Source of the DNA: Longimicrobiales bacterium
GTDB lineage: Bacteria; Gemmatimonadota; Gemmatimonadetes; Longimicrobiales; Gaopeijiaceae
Direction: 5' to 3'
NCBI GenBank assembly: GCA_963422615.1
Contig: OY730414.1
Coordinates: forward strand, 124,001 to 188,000
DNA: 64,000 bases
This document shows positions 10,093 to 19,072 of the stretch, piece by piece (position 1 is the stretch's first letter; each line of letters opens with the position of its first letter). The notes beneath the pieces were generated by a model that saw only the letters and a list, made by a program, of their open reading frames with translations, ran no database searches and was not told the DNA's origin. The translations under genes were made by a program, and so were the position numbers.

Positions 10093-11499
10093 ATGTCCGA
10101 ATCCTACCGGATCGAGAAGGACTCCCTGGGCGAAGTTCAGGTTCCCGCCCGTGCCCTCTACGGCGCGCAGACCCAGCGGGCCGTGGAAAACTTCCCCATC
10201 AGCGGCCGTCGCTTCGGGCGGCGGTTCATCGAAGCCATGGGACGGCTGAAGCAGGCCGCCGCCGAAACCAACAGCGAACTGGGGCTCCTTCCTCCCGAGC
10301 TGGGAAAGGCCATCGCCGGGGCAGCCCGGGAGGTCGCAATGGGCAAATGGGACGACCACTTTCCCTTGGACATCTACCAGACTGGATCCGGCACGTCCAC
10401 GAACATGAACACGAACGAAGTGGTCGCTGCGCTAGCCAATCGCCGGCTGGGGGAGACCGGGCGGGTCCACCCCAACGACCACGTCAACTACGGCCAGTCC
10501 TCGAACGACACCGTTCCCACGGCCATCCACCTGGCCTCCCGGATCGCCCTTCAAGAGGAGCTGCTCCCGGCCCTCGACCGCCTGAAAAACGCCCTGGCGG
10601 AGAAGGCCCTCGCCTTCGACGGAATCGTCAAATCGGGGAGGACCCACCTGATGGACGCGACACCCGTGCGTCTGGGCCAGGAATTCGGGGGTTACGCCCG
10701 GCAGGTGGCGAAGGGAATGGAGCGACTGGAACGCGCGGGAGGCGAGCTGGCCGAGCTGGCTTTGGGGGGAACGGCAACCGGAACCGGAATCAACACCCAC
10801 CCGGAATTTGCCAAGCGGACCATTGCCCGGCTCTCGGCCCGCTACGGCCTCCCTTTCCGGGAGACGGAAGATCACTTCGAGGCCCAGGGGGCCAAGGACG
10901 CCTGTGTTTCCCTGGCAGGGGCGCTGAACACGGTCGCGGGCAGCCTCATGAAGATCGCCAACGACATCCGCTGGCTGGCAAGCGGGCCCACCTCCGGTCT
11001 TGCGGAGATCCAGCTTCCGGCGGTGCAGCCCGGCAGTTCGATCATGCCCGGCAAGGTGAACCCCGTCATGGCGGAGGCCCTCATGATGGCGTGCGCCCGG
11101 GTCGCCGGGAACACCACCACGATCACCATCGCGGGCCAGCGCGGCAATTTCGAACTCAACGTAATGATGCCGGTAATCGCAGACACCCTGGATGAGTCCA
11201 TCACCCTCCTGACCCACGCCTCCGCGGCCTTCACCGACCGGTGCGTCGCGGGGATCTCGGCCCGCCCGGAGCGGGCCCGGGAGCTACTGGAGCGAAACCC
11301 CGCCATTGCCACGGCGCTGAACCCCTATCTGGGATACGACGGAGCCGCCCAGGTCGCCAAAACCGCAGCCCGGGAAGGCCGGACGGTCCGAGAAGTCGTG
11401 GAGGAGACCGGGCGTATCGAACCCGGGGAGCTGGACCGGGCCCTGGATGTACGGGGGATGACGGAGCCCGGAGTGCCGGGACCGGGGCCCAGGGATTGA
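10093..11499 (+). CDS. fumC: Class II fumarate hydratase
   Basis: [47 protein letters not shown] signature. Confidence 0.95.
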   Translation: MSESYRIEKDSLGEVQVPARALYGAQTQRAVENFPISGRRFGRRFIEAMGRLKQAAAETNSELGLLPPELGKAIAGAAREVAMGKWDDHFPLDIYQTGSGTSTNMNTNEVVAALANRRLGETGRVHPNDHVNYGQSSNDTVPTAIHLASRIALQEELLPALDRLKNALAEKALAFDGIVKSGRTHLMDATPVRLGQEFGGYARQVAKGMERLERAGGELAELALGGTATGTGINTHPEFAKRTIARLSARYGLPFRETEDHFEAQGAKDACVSLAGALNTVAGSLMKIANDIRWLASGPTSGLAEIQLPAVQPGSSIMPGKVNPVMAEALMMACARVAGNTTTITIAGQRGNFELNVMMPVIADTLDESITLLTHASAAFTDRCVAGISARPERARELLERNPAIATALNPYLGYDGAAQVAKTAAREGRTVREVVEETGRIEPGELDRALDVRGMTEPGVPGPGPRD

Positions 11500-11619
11500 A
11501 CCTGCTTCATCCATTCGCCGGCCGTGCGCGGGAGCCCGGAGTGCCGGGACCGGGTGGCTGGCTGGCGCTCCGCCCCAAGAACACGGTTGCGACCCTCCGC
11601 TTGACGCCCCATATTTGGA

Positions 11620-11775
11620 ACGTGCCGGAGCATCACGTGTGTTGAGCCAACACTGGAAGAGCCGGGATTCCTTGTCGGTGCGGACGTCACGCCCCGGAAA
11701 TGGGGACGGCGAAAGTAACGGAAGAGTCACCATTCGTTGAACCCGGGCTTCAAACACACCTTCCGGCGCACGGAG
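11620..11775 (+). ncRNA. ssrS: Probable 6S RNA
   Basis: Rod-like closing stem (cgtgccgga 11621-29 with tccggcgcacg 11762-72; gtgtgttga 11637-45 with tcaaacacac 11750-59); 6S-like motifs TTGAGCCAAC and CATTCGTTGAACCCGGGCTTCAA; promoter-like ttgcga..tatttg directly upstream; boundaries approximate. Confidence 0.7.
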
Positions 11776-11810
11776 GCCGACGCCCTAATCCGGCGGCGGC
11801 CTCTGTTTTT
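11774..11810 (+). terminator. Intrinsic terminator after putative 6S RNA
   Basis: aggccgacgcc...ggcggcggcct hairpin followed by ctgttttt. Confidence 0.65.
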
Positions 11811-11991
11811 GGGGACACCCAGGGCGCCCCACCGAGCCCGGATGCATAAGGGCCAGATATCTTCGGCTGCTCTTGGTCCGGCAGACCCCTGCGTCACCCA
11901 GGCGGGTCTTGATCCTGCCCCAAGGTAGTGTGAACTCTGTGACTCAAGGGGGGAAGTCACTTCTTCAGGAAACTCCGCAAAGAGGAAGCGA

Positions 11992-12408
11992 ATGCAGAGA
12001 GTAGGAATCACCCGTCGCCTGCACTTCAGCGCCGCCCACCGCCTTGCTCGCCCGGAGTGGAGCGACGAGGAAAACCGGCGCACCTTCGGCGACTGTGCGA
12101 ACCCGAACTGGCACGGCCACAACTACGAACTGGACGTGACCGTAGTCGGGCCGGTCCACGATGCCACCGGGTATGTGATGGACCTCAAGGACCTCAAGGA
12201 CTTGGTGAACCACCGTGTGATCGCCGATCTGGACCACCGGAACCTGAACCTGGACGTCCCGTGGCTGGCCGGAGTTCTGCCCTCAACGGAGAACCTGGTG
12301 GTGCGCATCTGGGAGCGTATCGCGCCGCTGATCCCACCGCCGGCGGTCCTCAGCCGACTGGTCCTTTGGGAGACGCCCCGTCACCGGGTGGAGTACTCGG
12401 GTGACTGA
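11992..12408 (+). CDS. queD: 6-carboxytetrahydropterin synthase / PTPS family
   Basis: FSAAHRL, CANPNWHGHNY, LDHRNLN, STENL, LWETP motifs. Confidence 0.92.
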   Translation: MQRVGITRRLHFSAAHRLARPEWSDEENRRTFGDCANPNWHGHNYELDVTVVGPVHDATGYVMDLKDLKDLVNHRVIADLDHRNLNLDVPWLAGVLPSTENLVVRIWERIAPLIPPPAVLSRLVLWETPRHRVEYSGD

Positions 12409-13105
12409 CCGCCGCACCGCTCTGGTGACGGGAGCGACCGGGGGGATCGGGGCAGCGATCGTCCGGCGCTTGGAGGCAAACGGCTTTCGGGTCTACGCTG
12501 GCGGACGAAACGGGACCCGCCTCAAGAGCCTAGCCTCTCTTGAGAACGTAGTGGCGCTGCCATTCGACGTGACCGTCGAAGGAGAGGTTGAACGTGCTCG
12601 GGAGGGAGTCGCCCAGGCGGGCGCCACCCCCCTGGACTTGGTGGTGAACGCCGCCGGCGTCTTCGGTCTGGCACCGGTGACCCAAACCCCCGGGGCCCTT
12701 CTCGCCCGCAGCCTGGACGTCAACCTCAGGGGCGCCTTCCACGTTGTGCGCGCCTTTCTGCCGGCCATGCTGGACGCAAGGGCGGGACTCGTCGTCAACG
12801 TGGGTTCAGTCGCAGGCCGACGGGCCTTCCCTGAAAACAGCGCCTACAGTGCCTCCAAGTTCGGACTTCGGGGGTTCCACGAGGTTCTCCTGGAAGAGAT
12901 GCGTGGCACGGGCGTCCGGGCATGCCTGCTGGAGCCCGGGGCCGTGGACACCCCTCTCTGGGATCCGCTGGATCCCGATTCCGTTCCTCACCTCCCGAAC
13001 CGGAGCCGGATGTTGCGTCCCGACGATGTGGCCCGGGCGGTGGAATTCATGGTCGGGCTGCCGGCTCGGATCTCGGTACCCCTCATCCAGGTAGAGCGGG
13101 CGTGA
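12401..13105 (+). CDS. SDR family oxidoreductase
   Basis: VTGATGGIG, VNAAG, YSASK catalytic motif, PGAVDT. Confidence 0.93.
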   Translation: MTDRRTALVTGATGGIGAAIVRRLEANGFRVYAGGRNGTRLKSLASLENVVALPFDVTVEGEVERAREGVAQAGATPLDLVVNAAGVFGLAPVTQTPGALLARSLDVNLRGAFHVVRAFLPAMLDARAGLVVNVGSVAGRRAFPENSAYSASKFGLRGFHEVLLEEMRGTGVRACLLEPGAVDTPLWDPLDPDSVPHLPNRSRMLRPDDVARAVEFMVGLPARISVPLIQVERA

Positions 13106-13851
13106 ACGTCCTCCTGACCGACCACTTGGTGTGTCCCCGCTGTGGTCCTCCCTTCGGACTCGTCCTGCTGGCCCGGGACGTGCGGGACCGACGGGTCCGC
13201 CGGGGGGAGCTGGGCTGCTCGAACTGCCGCGATGCCTTTCCCGTCAAAAACGGCTTCGCCGATCTGCGTCCTCCCCCTCGGGATCCTCCGCCGCTGGAAC
13301 CGGGAGGGGGCGCTTCGGGAGCGGGCGGACGGGCACCCCAGGATCCGCGCCAGGGCAAGCCTCCCTCCCTCCTCGCCCCTTCCGGAGGAGGAAGCGGCGA
13401 CGACACCTCGGGGCATTCGCCCCTGAAATGGGCGCCCGGCGGCCTTACCCTGGGCTTGGCCGCGTCTCTGGGCGTGACTGAGGGACCCGGGCTGGTGATG
13501 GTTTCGGAGGCCCACAGGGACAAGGCCGTTTCCCTTTCCCGCTTGGTTCCAGGCATCGAGGTGATCGCCCTCGGGTGGGGAGGACGAGACTTCGAGTGTC
13601 CCGGAGCGGCGGTTAGCCCCATGGTCACGGCCGACCGGTTGCCCTTTCGTGACGGATGCGCGCGGGGGGTGGTGCTGGCGGGCGAAGACTTCAAGCGACG
13701 TTGGCGCGAATCGGCCCGAGTGCTCGTGGCCGGGGCGAGGGTTGTGATCACGGATCCGCCCCCCGAGGCCCGGAAGCGCTTGGAGTCCTGCGGGCTGGTC
13801 GTGGTACTGGACGGCGAGGCGTTTCTGGCAGCGGGAAGAAAGCGGGTGTAG
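13102..13851 (+). CDS. Trm112-like Zn-knuckle protein with a degenerate methyltransferase-like C-terminus
   Basis: LVCPRC...LGCSNCRDAFPVKNGFADL; LPFRDG motif; GTG overlaps upstream stop. Confidence 0.75.
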   Translation: MNVLLTDHLVCPRCGPPFGLVLLARDVRDRRVRRGELGCSNCRDAFPVKNGFADLRPPPRDPPPLEPGGGASGAGGRAPQDPRQGKPPSLLAPSGGGSGDDTSGHSPLKWAPGGLTLGLAASLGVTEGPGLVMVSEAHRDKAVSLSRLVPGIEVIALGWGGRDFECPGAAVSPMVTADRLPFRDGCARGVVLAGEDFKRRWRESARVLVAGARVVITDPPPEARKRLESCGLVVVLDGEAFLAAGRKRV

Positions 13852-13883
13852 CCAGGAGCCCCTGTGCAGAAAGGGTCCTGGCT
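13850..13883 (+). terminator. Inverted repeat after the queD operon, at the left edge of the accessory block
   Basis: agccaggagccc...gggtcctggct hairpin; no U-tract. Confidence 0.45.
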
Positions 13884-13890
13884 CCAAGTA

Positions 13891-13921
13891 TTGACAAGTC
13901 CACTGCGTTTTCGCATACCTT
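13891..13921 (+). promoter_or_regulatory. Possible sigma70 promoter for a leaderless transcript starting near ATG 13928
   Basis: Perfect TTGACA at 13891 and TACCTT at 13916-13921, 7 nt before the ATG; 19-nt spacer is suboptimal. Confidence 0.4.
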
Positions 13922-13927
13922 AGGGTT

Positions 13928-15397
13928 ATGTTTCCCCGGTCCTCCCCGGTCCTCCCCGGTCCTCCCCGGTCCTCCCCGGTCCCCCGGTCCTCCCCGGTCC
14001 TCCCCGGTCCTCCCCGGTCCTCCCCGGTCCTCCCCGGTCCTCCCCGGTCCTCCCCGGTCCTAGGCGCCAATGATCCGGGGTCGCATTCTCATCTAGCGGA
14101 GAAACCCGCACCTGACGCGACGGCGATTCCTGCACCGTCAACGCCGGCGCCTTTCGTACGATTCAAAGCGGAGACGATTCCCTCCCGTGCGGAGCACCAC
14201 GAGAGCCTCCCGCATATCGTCAAGTTTTCCGGCGGGAGATCTTCCGCCACCCTAGCCATCCTCCTCGCGGAGTCGGGTCTGCTCAAGCCCCAGCGAGGTG
14301 ATGCGATTCTCTTCGCCAACACATCGGCAGAGCACCCGGCCACTTACGAGTTCGCCCGAAAGTGCAAGTCCGAACTGGAGGGGAAATTTGGCATTCCGTT
14401 CTTCTGGTTCGAGTTCTGCACGGTGGAAGACGCGTCCCGCGGCGCCTACGCACGGCGCGCATCGTACCGCCTCGTCAAGCCGGTGCCCATTGAGAAAGAC
14501 CCGGCAGGCTATCGTTCCCACGGCGAAGTGTTTGAGGAGATGCTCTCGTACCAGGGCATGCTTCCCAATCCGCATCAGCGGTCCTGCACGGCCAAGCTGA
14601 AGCTCTATCCATCGCACCAGTTTCTTGCCGAATGGCTGGGCAGGACCCGAGGACCAAGCCACACCGGACACCACGGCGACAGGCGCTATTTGACCCCGGA
14701 GACCGCACTCGCGCAGTATCGAAGAAACGGCGGAAAGGCTTCAAGTCAGGCCTACCTGAAGCGCGTCCGCTACATGACGAACCAACCCCCGGCTCGCCCA
14801 GCCCAGCGGTGGTGCGACTACACCCACGCAGACATTCCGGTTCGATCCGGCCGGCCCGGCCCGGTTTCCATGTGGGGACCTTGTGCGGCGCGTCACGTTA
14901 CAATGCTGGGGCTTCGCGCAGACGAACCCCAGCGCATCAACAAGATCACAGCCCGATCGATCTTCGCCGAAGGCGCCGGAAGCAGGTCGTGTGCAATTCA
15001 CACTCAGCCCCCGGGCGAATATCCGTGCTTCCCCCTGGCGGACTGGGGATTCGACGGCGGCGCGGTTCGCCAGTTTTGGCTTCGGCGCAGCTTCGACCTG
15101 GATGCCCCGGCCCACGCCGGCAATTGCGTTTTCTGTTTTATGAAGGGAACCCATGCGCTTGCTTCGGCGGCCCGCCGCTGCAGCCCGCCAAACGTAAGGG
15201 CCCCGTCGGACATCTCTTGGTGGATCGAAATGGAAAATCGCTACGGTCGAATCGAACCATCCCGAGATGCTCCGGGAACGACCCGGTTTGGCTTCTTCGG
15301 CGTACGCGGACCCACCTTCGCCGAGCTCGCAGATGGTGCTGTCGCGAAAAACGGACGCTACGCCACAGGCTCCCCGGCGTGCGACTGCACGGACTAA
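13928..15397 (+). CDS. PAPS-reductase/DndC-like adenine-nucleotide alpha-hydrolase (PP-loop) protein with Cys clusters
   Basis: VKFSGGRSS PP-loop, FANTSAEHPATYEF, RSCTAKLK, GLRADEPQR, FPLADWG, GNCVFCFMK, terminal CDCTD. Confidence 0.85.
   Translation: MFPRSSPVLPGPPRSSPVPRSSPVLPGPPRSSPVLPGPPRSSPVLGANDPGSHSHLAEKPAPDATAIPAPSTPAPFVRFKAETIPSRAEHHESLPHIVKFSGGRSSATLAILLAESGLLKPQRGDAILFANTSAEHPATYEFARKCKSELEGKFGIPFFWFEFCTVEDASRGAYARRASYRLVKPVPIEKDPAGYRSHGEVFEEMLSYQGMLPNPHQRSCTAKLKLYPSHQFLAEWLGRTRGPSHTGHHGDRRYLTPETALAQYRRNGGKASSQAYLKRVRYMTNQPPARPAQRWCDYTHADIPVRSGRPGPVSMWGPCAARHVTMLGLRADEPQRINKITARSIFAEGAGSRSCAIHTQPPGEYPCFPLADWGFDGGAVRQFWLRRSFDLDAPAHAGNCVFCFMKGTHALASAARRCSPPNVRAPSDISWWIEMENRYGRIEPSRDAPGTTRFGFFGVRGPTFAELADGAVAKNGRYATGSPACDCTD
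13933..14060 (+). repeat. 10-bp tandem repeat (TCCCCGGTCC): 12 full units plus one 8-nt unit, 128 nt
   Basis: Read directly: 5 units, one truncated unit at 13983-13990, then 7 units. Confidence 0.97.
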
Positions 15398-17329
15398 ATG
15401 AAATCTGAATTCGTGAATCCAGACCTGCTTTTTCAACCGGGCCCGCCCCAGGGCTTTTCGACGCTGGCAACCGCTCAATGGCACGGCAATCCTGAACCAA
15501 TCGTTCGCGAACTACTCCAGAACTGTTTAGACGCCGCAGAAAAAGCAAAGCGGAACAAAGCGGAAGTTTGGTTCACTGCCCTGGACGTTCCCAAGTACGA
15601 CATTCCGGGAATTGCCTCCTACCAGTACCACTTCGAAGAGGCCGTACACCAGCGAGCATTTGGGACACAGGGAGAGAACGAGAAGCAGGTAATCCGACGC
15701 ATCAAGAAAGTTCTGAAGGCCCCGCGCATTCCCGTGCTGTATTGCCGGGATAACGGCGTTGGACTCAATCCGGACCGCATGTCACGGCTCCTCACGGAGG
15801 GCAACACCGACAAGGGTCAAAAGGGTGCGGGATCTTACGGAATCGGGCACCTTACGGCCTTTGCGGCTTCAGATTTGCGTTACATCTTGTATGCTGGTCG
15901 GTACCGGGACCAGAAGGCCGAAACCTTACGCGACGTTTCCAGTGCTCACGCAATTCTTGCGTCATGCAAGACCAAGAACGGCGGCGTCGGAGGACGCGGC
16001 TACTGGCTCATCGTCGAGCAGACCCTTTTTGATGCTTCTCCCTATCCCGGTCAAGCGCCTCCGTTGCTGGCGCGGGAGCTGGATCAGCTGGAGGAAACCG
16101 GGAGCGTGATAGGCATTCCGGGGTTCAACGACTTTCGGTGCAGTGACCCGATGGATGCAATCGCCCGGGTGGCTGCAAAGAATTTTCTTGTCGCCATTTG
16201 GCAGGGCAAGATGCGGGTGAGAATTCGCGGCCAATCCGAAAAGGCCGTAGACGGTCGCCAGGGGCTCCTGAATGTCCTTGCGCCGGAAAAGAAAAAGAAG
16301 CAAGCGGAACAGGGCGGAGGTTGGCTATCCGGCGCCCAAGCCTATCAAGCGTGGGAGACGCTGGACCAGGGTCGCAGGTTCACCCTCACATCAGGGGCCC
16401 AAGTCTACTTCCGACCTCTGCCGAAAGACACCGTGACGACGCAATCTCGAGTCCAGCTGTTTCGCAACGGCATGTGGATTACCAACAACGCAGACAGACT
16501 CAAGCCCTTCGACTTCAACGGAGTAAATCCATTTAGCGCAGTAATCATGATCGAGGACGGTGAGCTTTGCCGCCTTGTGCGCGGCGCGGAGGGTCCGGAG
16601 CACAGAGGCTTGGTTCGGAAGCGCCTGAATCGCAATGATAATAAGCGACTGTTGGAGCTCCTGAAGCAGATCGCCAGCGAACTTCGAACAGAAGCCGGCG
16701 AAACCGAGGCGACTCGCGAATACACACCGACCGACTTCGCGATGTTTCCCGGACAGTCACAGCCACAAGCCGAAGTCGTGCCCCCGTATCGGCCGCGCCG
16801 CCCACCTTCCGATTCAGAAGGACGATCGACGACTTTGCAACCGACGGATGACGAAAACGGTATTGATCGTTCGCACAAGGGAAAAACCCGATCCCGAGGC
16901 CGTGGCGCGGCACCCAAGCCCGGACGCAGCCTGCCGGGCAGGTTTTCTGTGCTGGGCATACGAAATTCCGAAGGCAGAATCGACACAGTTCGAGTCGTCT
17001 GGCAACAGGGCGGGCGCACCAATGCGGCGAAGGGCCCTCTTGGCATTCGTATGCGGGTTCGTTCCGGATCCGACGAAACATGCGATCGACCCTTGGCTCC
17101 CGAGTGGCTGCGCCTCCGGGAGATTCGCCACCCGGACGGGATCACGCGGCCTCAAACCCGCGATCCTTGTGAGGTCAGACTTCCCCGGGCCCACTCCGAG
17201 TTTACCGTGGCATTGGCGCATGCGGTCGACGATCCCAACGCCATTGAGATCGATTTCGTGCAACGAAGGGGACGCGCGTCAGGAAACCACCAGCGACCGA
17301 AACGTTCAGACGCATCTAGCCGTGCTTGA
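15398..17329 (+). CDS. GHKL (HATPase_c-like) ATPase, ZacA-like
   Basis: RELLQNCLDA N-box, RDNGVGL G1, GSYGIG G2; starts immediately after the upstream stop. Confidence 0.82.
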   Translation: MKSEFVNPDLLFQPGPPQGFSTLATAQWHGNPEPIVRELLQNCLDAAEKAKRNKAEVWFTALDVPKYDIPGIASYQYHFEEAVHQRAFGTQGENEKQVIRRIKKVLKAPRIPVLYCRDNGVGLNPDRMSRLLTEGNTDKGQKGAGSYGIGHLTAFAASDLRYILYAGRYRDQKAETLRDVSSAHAILASCKTKNGGVGGRGYWLIVEQTLFDASPYPGQAPPLLARELDQLEETGSVIGIPGFNDFRCSDPMDAIARVAAKNFLVAIWQGKMRVRIRGQSEKAVDGRQGLLNVLAPEKKKKQAEQGGGWLSGAQAYQAWETLDQGRRFTLTSGAQVYFRPLPKDTVTTQSRVQLFRNGMWITNNADRLKPFDFNGVNPFSAVIMIEDGELCRLVRGAEGPEHRGLVRKRLNRNDNKRLLELLKQIASELRTEAGETEATREYTPTDFAMFPGQSQPQAEVVPPYRPRRPPSDSEGRSTTLQPTDDENGIDRSHKGKTRSRGRGAAPKPGRSLPGRFSVLGIRNSEGRIDTVRVVWQQGGRTNAAKGPLGIRMRVRSGSDETCDRPLAPEWLRLREIRHPDGITRPQTRDPCEVRLPRAHSEFTVALAHAVDDPNAIEIDFVQRRGRASGNHQRPKRSDASSRA

Positions 17330-18119
17330 ACCCTTGCCGGATTCGTTCCCAATTCTCTTGGAAGACGGATCGAGACTTGATTGGCCCGGCGCCAAATACG
17401 AACCGAGCGTCTACGTCGGCCCCAGTCAGGCAAATATTACGCACAAACTATCCGGCGCACACGAACTCGCAACGTTGATTGAGAGAGGAAGCGCGATGTG
17501 GGCCGCGGAGTTGCGATGTCCAAAAACGCTCATGGCTCGAATAGAGACTTGCAGCAGCGACCGCCAACAGGTGACGTGGAACGAAAGGGATGTAGACGGG
17601 GACATATATGTCATGCCCGGAGTTGTGACGAACGAGAGGTTGGTGCTTGAAGGAGCAGAGTTGAGTGCCATCTGGAAGGACATTTTGCCGTTGCAGGCAC
17701 CTCGAGGATGGTGGCTTGTCCGCGGGAATGTACGCCGGACAAAAACGCTGGCGGAATCCCTACTCAAGTTTGTACTGGAAGAAAATGCAGAGAGCGGCCG
17801 TATCGAAGTCAAGCCCGACAGAAGTAGCGGTCGGCTGCGCTTCACGGTTCACGTGGATCCCGACCTCTTTGAACATGTCAAGTCGGATCGTACCTTGAAA
17901 ATCGCAGCGCTCGTGGGTGCCTGTGGGTGGTTACCAGAAATCTTTCGTCTTGATGACCCGGCGGCCGACGAAGATCCTCTTGCCACCCAGCTGCGCGAAC
18001 TCTTGACCAGCAGGGAACCGGATGTACGGCTCTGGGATCACGACCTCTACGACCCGGCTCTTGTAGCCACGATCCTTGAACCCCTCCACTTCGACAGCCA
18101 GGACCCCAGGGATGGATAG
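17322..18119 (+). CDS. Hypothetical protein, ZacB-like position (265 aa)
   Basis: GTG start overlaps ATPase stop; globular composition; AELRCPKTLMAR motif. Confidence 0.7.
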   Translation: MLEPLPDSFPILLEDGSRLDWPGAKYEPSVYVGPSQANITHKLSGAHELATLIERGSAMWAAELRCPKTLMARIETCSSDRQQVTWNERDVDGDIYVMPGVVTNERLVLEGAELSAIWKDILPLQAPRGWWLVRGNVRRTKTLAESLLKFVLEENAESGRIEVKPDRSSGRLRFTVHVDPDLFEHVKSDRTLKIAALVGACGWLPEIFRLDDPAADEDPLATQLRELLTSREPDVRLWDHDLYDPALVATILEPLHFDSQDPRDG

Positions 18120-19002
18120 ACATCTGCTTGAGAGGACGGGGTCGCGGTTTGACGAATGGCAAAGGGGAATTATCTTCCAGAGTACGCGCCACGGAAAATG
18201 GACAGCCGCTGACCCGAGAATTACAAATCCAATTCGGAAGCGACAGGAAGAACTCCAAGCTGCAATTTCCGCTGGGGCACACGCCTTGAGCGCCTATCTA
18301 CGTAAGAAACTACAAATCTCCCAAGGCGAACTCGGCGCCCCTAGGTTTCCCAGGCCGAGGCTAACCCCACGGGAATTTCAGGACCCGCCCTTGGAACTGG
18401 AGGAAGAACTTGGGAAGGCCTGGATCGGCCTTCGTACGAGCTTGACATCACAGCCGTTGTTCTGGTTGCTGTGTCACATAGACTGGCTTGAACAGGGCCG
18501 TTTCGATGTTACTGGCCATCATCTGGCCGAAGCCTTCACGGCCGGGCACGGCGATACGAAGCGTGAGGCCCGTACTCGAAATTTTCTCCGGCGCACAAGT
18601 GGACTCCCGGTAGCACGTGGAAATACGTCGGTCTTTTCCGACTGCCTCATGGCTCGATCTTGGTGGCGTTACCATTTAGCCGACCAGGTAGAAAAAGTCA
18701 CAGCAGGACGGGTCCGACGCAGAACTGCCCACCGGGTGCTCCACACGAACCGGCCAGCATGGGAAGAGCTCATCATGCGATCTCTGCGGCGCATCACCGT
18801 GATCAACCAGCCCCGAGCCCGTGCGGCGATCGTGCACCAGCTGGCGAGCCGCCTTGAATCGCGCGGGCACATTGACAAAAAAGATGTGCAGGGAATCACT
18901 CTGGTGTTTGCCCGGCAAGGCTTGCGCCGATCCTTTGAGCACACCTCTTGGGAAGATCTAACGGGAGGATCCCGAACGACCCCGAGCTCGGCGACAACAT
19001 GA
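18112..19002 (+). CDS. Hypothetical protein, DUF6339/ZacC-like (296 aa)
   Basis: 8-nt overlap with upstream gene; FWLLCH and MARSWWR resemble remembered DUF6339 LW..LTH and SRLWW motifs (not searched). Confidence 0.65.
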   Translation: MDRHLLERTGSRFDEWQRGIIFQSTRHGKWTAADPRITNPIRKRQEELQAAISAGAHALSAYLRKKLQISQGELGAPRFPRPRLTPREFQDPPLELEEELGKAWIGLRTSLTSQPLFWLLCHIDWLEQGRFDVTGHHLAEAFTAGHGDTKREARTRNFLRRTSGLPVARGNTSVFSDCLMARSWWRYHLADQVEKVTAGRVRRRTAHRVLHTNRPAWEELIMRSLRRITVINQPRARAAIVHQLASRLESRGHIDKKDVQGITLVFARQGLRRSFEHTSWEDLTGGSRTTPSSATT

Positions 19003-19072
19003 TGGGTGTGCTCACCGACATCGTGACGGCCCCGCTGTCCGTTGATGCCCGCCAGAACAGGAGTAAACTAGA

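Noticed and set aside
11820..11990. preQ1 or other riboswitch upstream of queD
   Set aside because: No recognisable consensus
13933..14060. CRISPR array
   Set aside because: Contiguous 10-bp units with no spacers and no cas genes
12988..14141. Minus-strand ORFs with GEDRGGPGRT repeats
   Set aside because: Simple translations of the tandem array, antisense to better-supported genes
16848..17321. N-terminal extension of the 423-aa ORF
   Set aside because: Overlaps the ATPase gene by ~480 nt; GTG 17322 gives typical translational coupling
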